This document shows, piece after piece, positions 28,370-29,326 of a stretch of 29,326 nt of DNA (position 1 is its first letter; the number at the start of each line of letters is the position of its first letter). Position numbers and translations under genes: made by a program. Under the pieces are notes generated by a model, which was not told the origin of the DNA, did no database searches, and saw nothing but the letters and a program-made list of their open reading frames with translations. Source of the stretch: Candidatus Cloacimonadota bacterium (GTDB lineage Bacteria > Cloacimonadota > Cloacimonadia > Cloacimonadales > WRIO01); assembly GCA_029564175.1 (NCBI GenBank), contig JAKQQL010000160.1, forward strand, positions 1 through 29,326. Direction: 5' to 3'.

Positions 28370-28385
28370 TGCAAGTCTCCTGCCA
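28370..28385 (-). promoter_or_regulatory. sigma54 (-24/-12) promoter
   Basis: TGGCAGGAGACTTGCA vs consensus TGGCAC-N5-TTGCW (one mismatch, exact spacing), 35 nt upstream of ATG 28334. Confidence 0.85.
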
Positions 28386-28402
28386 ATTAGAGCGTTTTTT
28401 CG

Positions 28403-28415
28403 TAATCAATTGTTA
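28403..28415 (-). promoter_or_regulatory. IHF-like binding site
   Basis: TAACAATTGATTA vs WATCAANNNNTTR (one mismatch), located between the promoter and the UAS boxes. Confidence 0.45.
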
Positions 28416-28460
28416 TTTAATCATATAGCACACTCTAATAATTTCTGTTACTGATTTCAA

Positions 28461-28578
28461 TGAAACATATATGTCACAGTTTGTCAAGAGGAAAATCAGC
28501 AAAGTATTAAAAAATAGTATAAATACGTTTTTTTGGGTATATGTAACAAAATAGTATCAGAGAGACAAATTTGTAACA
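28461..28578. promoter_or_regulatory. Three candidate bEBP upstream activator sequences (TGWNACA-N4-TGTNWCA)
   Basis: TGAAACAtataTGTCACA (28461-28478), TGTAACAaaatAGTATCA (28542-28559), AGAGACAaattTGTAACA (28561-28578). Confidence 0.6.
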
Positions 28579-28680
28579 GGAGGGTGTTTGTCATTGAAAT
28601 AAATGTAGGACTAAGGATTCTGCTAGTTGAATTTGTTATTTGAGACGGATCTTTATAAAAGAGTTTTTTAGATTGATACC

Positions 28681-28920
28681 TTACAAAATATCCTGATTTT
28701 GATTCAATAGATTTATTCTGATAGTTTCTGATAGTTCTTCGATGGTATATGGTTTTTGAATAAAGGCGATTGCTCCATTGTTCAAAATTTGAGTAACTCT
28801 ATTATCTTTTTTAAAACCAGATGAGACAATTACTTTTACTTTTGGATTGATGCGAACAAGCTCTTGCATTGTTTGATCGCCTGATTTTACAGGCATTACA
28901 ACATCCAGGAGAATAAAGCT
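28681..28920 (-). pseudogene. 5'-truncated receiver (REC) domain remnant
   Basis: In-frame SFILLDVVMPVKSG, VIVSSGF, AFIQKPYTIEEL; the N-terminal half is absent and an in-frame TAA lies about 30 nt further upstream with no start codon. Confidence 0.75.
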
Positions 28921-28937
28921 GAGATAGTAAATCTGAA

Positions 28938-28960
28938 AGGGCAGGTTTTAGGCCTGCCCT
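28938..28960 (-). terminator. Probable intrinsic terminator after the small ORFs
   Basis: AGGGCAGG/CCTGCCCT stem followed by TTCAGATTT on the minus strand. Confidence 0.65.
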
Positions 28961-28986
28961 AATGTTTTCATCTCCATAGTTGGAGC

Positions 28987-29211
28987 TCATCCAGACTTGA
29001 TTTTAGATAATTCAGAATGTATTTTTACCAGTTTCTTCGCCTCCTTCAAATATAATCGATGCGTATTGATGACTTTATTTTGATAAATCACATGATATAA
29101 TTGTTTGTTAGGATTACTTTGCAGGGGATTAGATAGCACTCTTTTGATGATATATCCCTCCCATACATAAGCTGAAACGCCAAACATATCTTTGATCACA
29201 TGATATTTCAT
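28987..29211 (-). CDS. Small basic hypothetical protein
   Basis: 74-aa ORF; ATGA overlap with the upstream ORF; terminator downstream. Confidence 0.6.
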   Translation of the reverse strand: MKYHVIKDMFGVSAYVWEGYIIKRVLSNPLQSNPNKQLYHVIYQNKVINTHRLYLKEAKKLVKIHSELSKIKSG

Positions 29212-29326
29212 GAGAACTTCTCTTTTTTTAAATCTTCATGTTGATCAAAATAAGTCTGACATTCAGAGTCAAATGTTTCTACGTCTTTGAATTGAACTTC
29301 TGGATAGCATTTTTTATGAATCGATG
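29208..29326 (-). CDS. Partial CDS (3' end), hypothetical
   Basis: Open frame from the window edge, SIHKKCYPEVQFKDVETFDSECQTYFDQHEDLKKEKFS*, with TGA overlapping the next ATG. Confidence 0.55.
   Translation of the reverse strand, partial: SIHKKCYPEVQFKDVETFDSECQTYFDQHEDLKKEKFS

Noticed and set aside
28681..28896. Intact 71-aa response regulator
   Set aside because: The Met start lies after the phospho-acceptor Asp and the first half of the fold is missing; called a remnant instead.

Overview
AT-rich bacterial chromosomal window. The secreted protein with a YPNPFNP...FlgD-Ig/T9SS-type C-terminus and the general gene content suggest an FCB-group anaerobe such as Candidatus Cloacimonadota (inference). 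(1) 642-6406 is a tightly coupled + strand operon: unknown protein, two tandem BrxD/DUF2791-like P-loop ATPases, a BrxL-like MCM-type AAA+ lacking the Lon domain, and another unknown protein. No PglZ, methyltransferase, nuclease or helicase is present, so this is the best candidate for an undescribed BREX-related system. (2) 6477-20568 is mostly housekeeping: tsaD, YbbR-like, peptidase/beta-propeller/Omp85 fusion, KamA-like radical SAM, peroxiredoxin, ThrRS-like/uridine kinase fusion, ChaN, rnr, YicC and tRNA-Leu(CAG). It is interspersed with three families of REP-like palindromes, including a 5x30-bp tandem array. (3) 21701-28578 is an apparent sigma54 module: a degenerate kinase-TPR-GAF-bEBP activator downstream of a secreted Ig-repeat protein that has a near-consensus -24/-12 promoter, an IHF-like site and three palindromic UAS-like boxes. 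(4) The right end holds a 5'-truncated receiver-domain remnant abutting small unknown ORFs. All family assignments come from motif recognition by eye; no searches were run.
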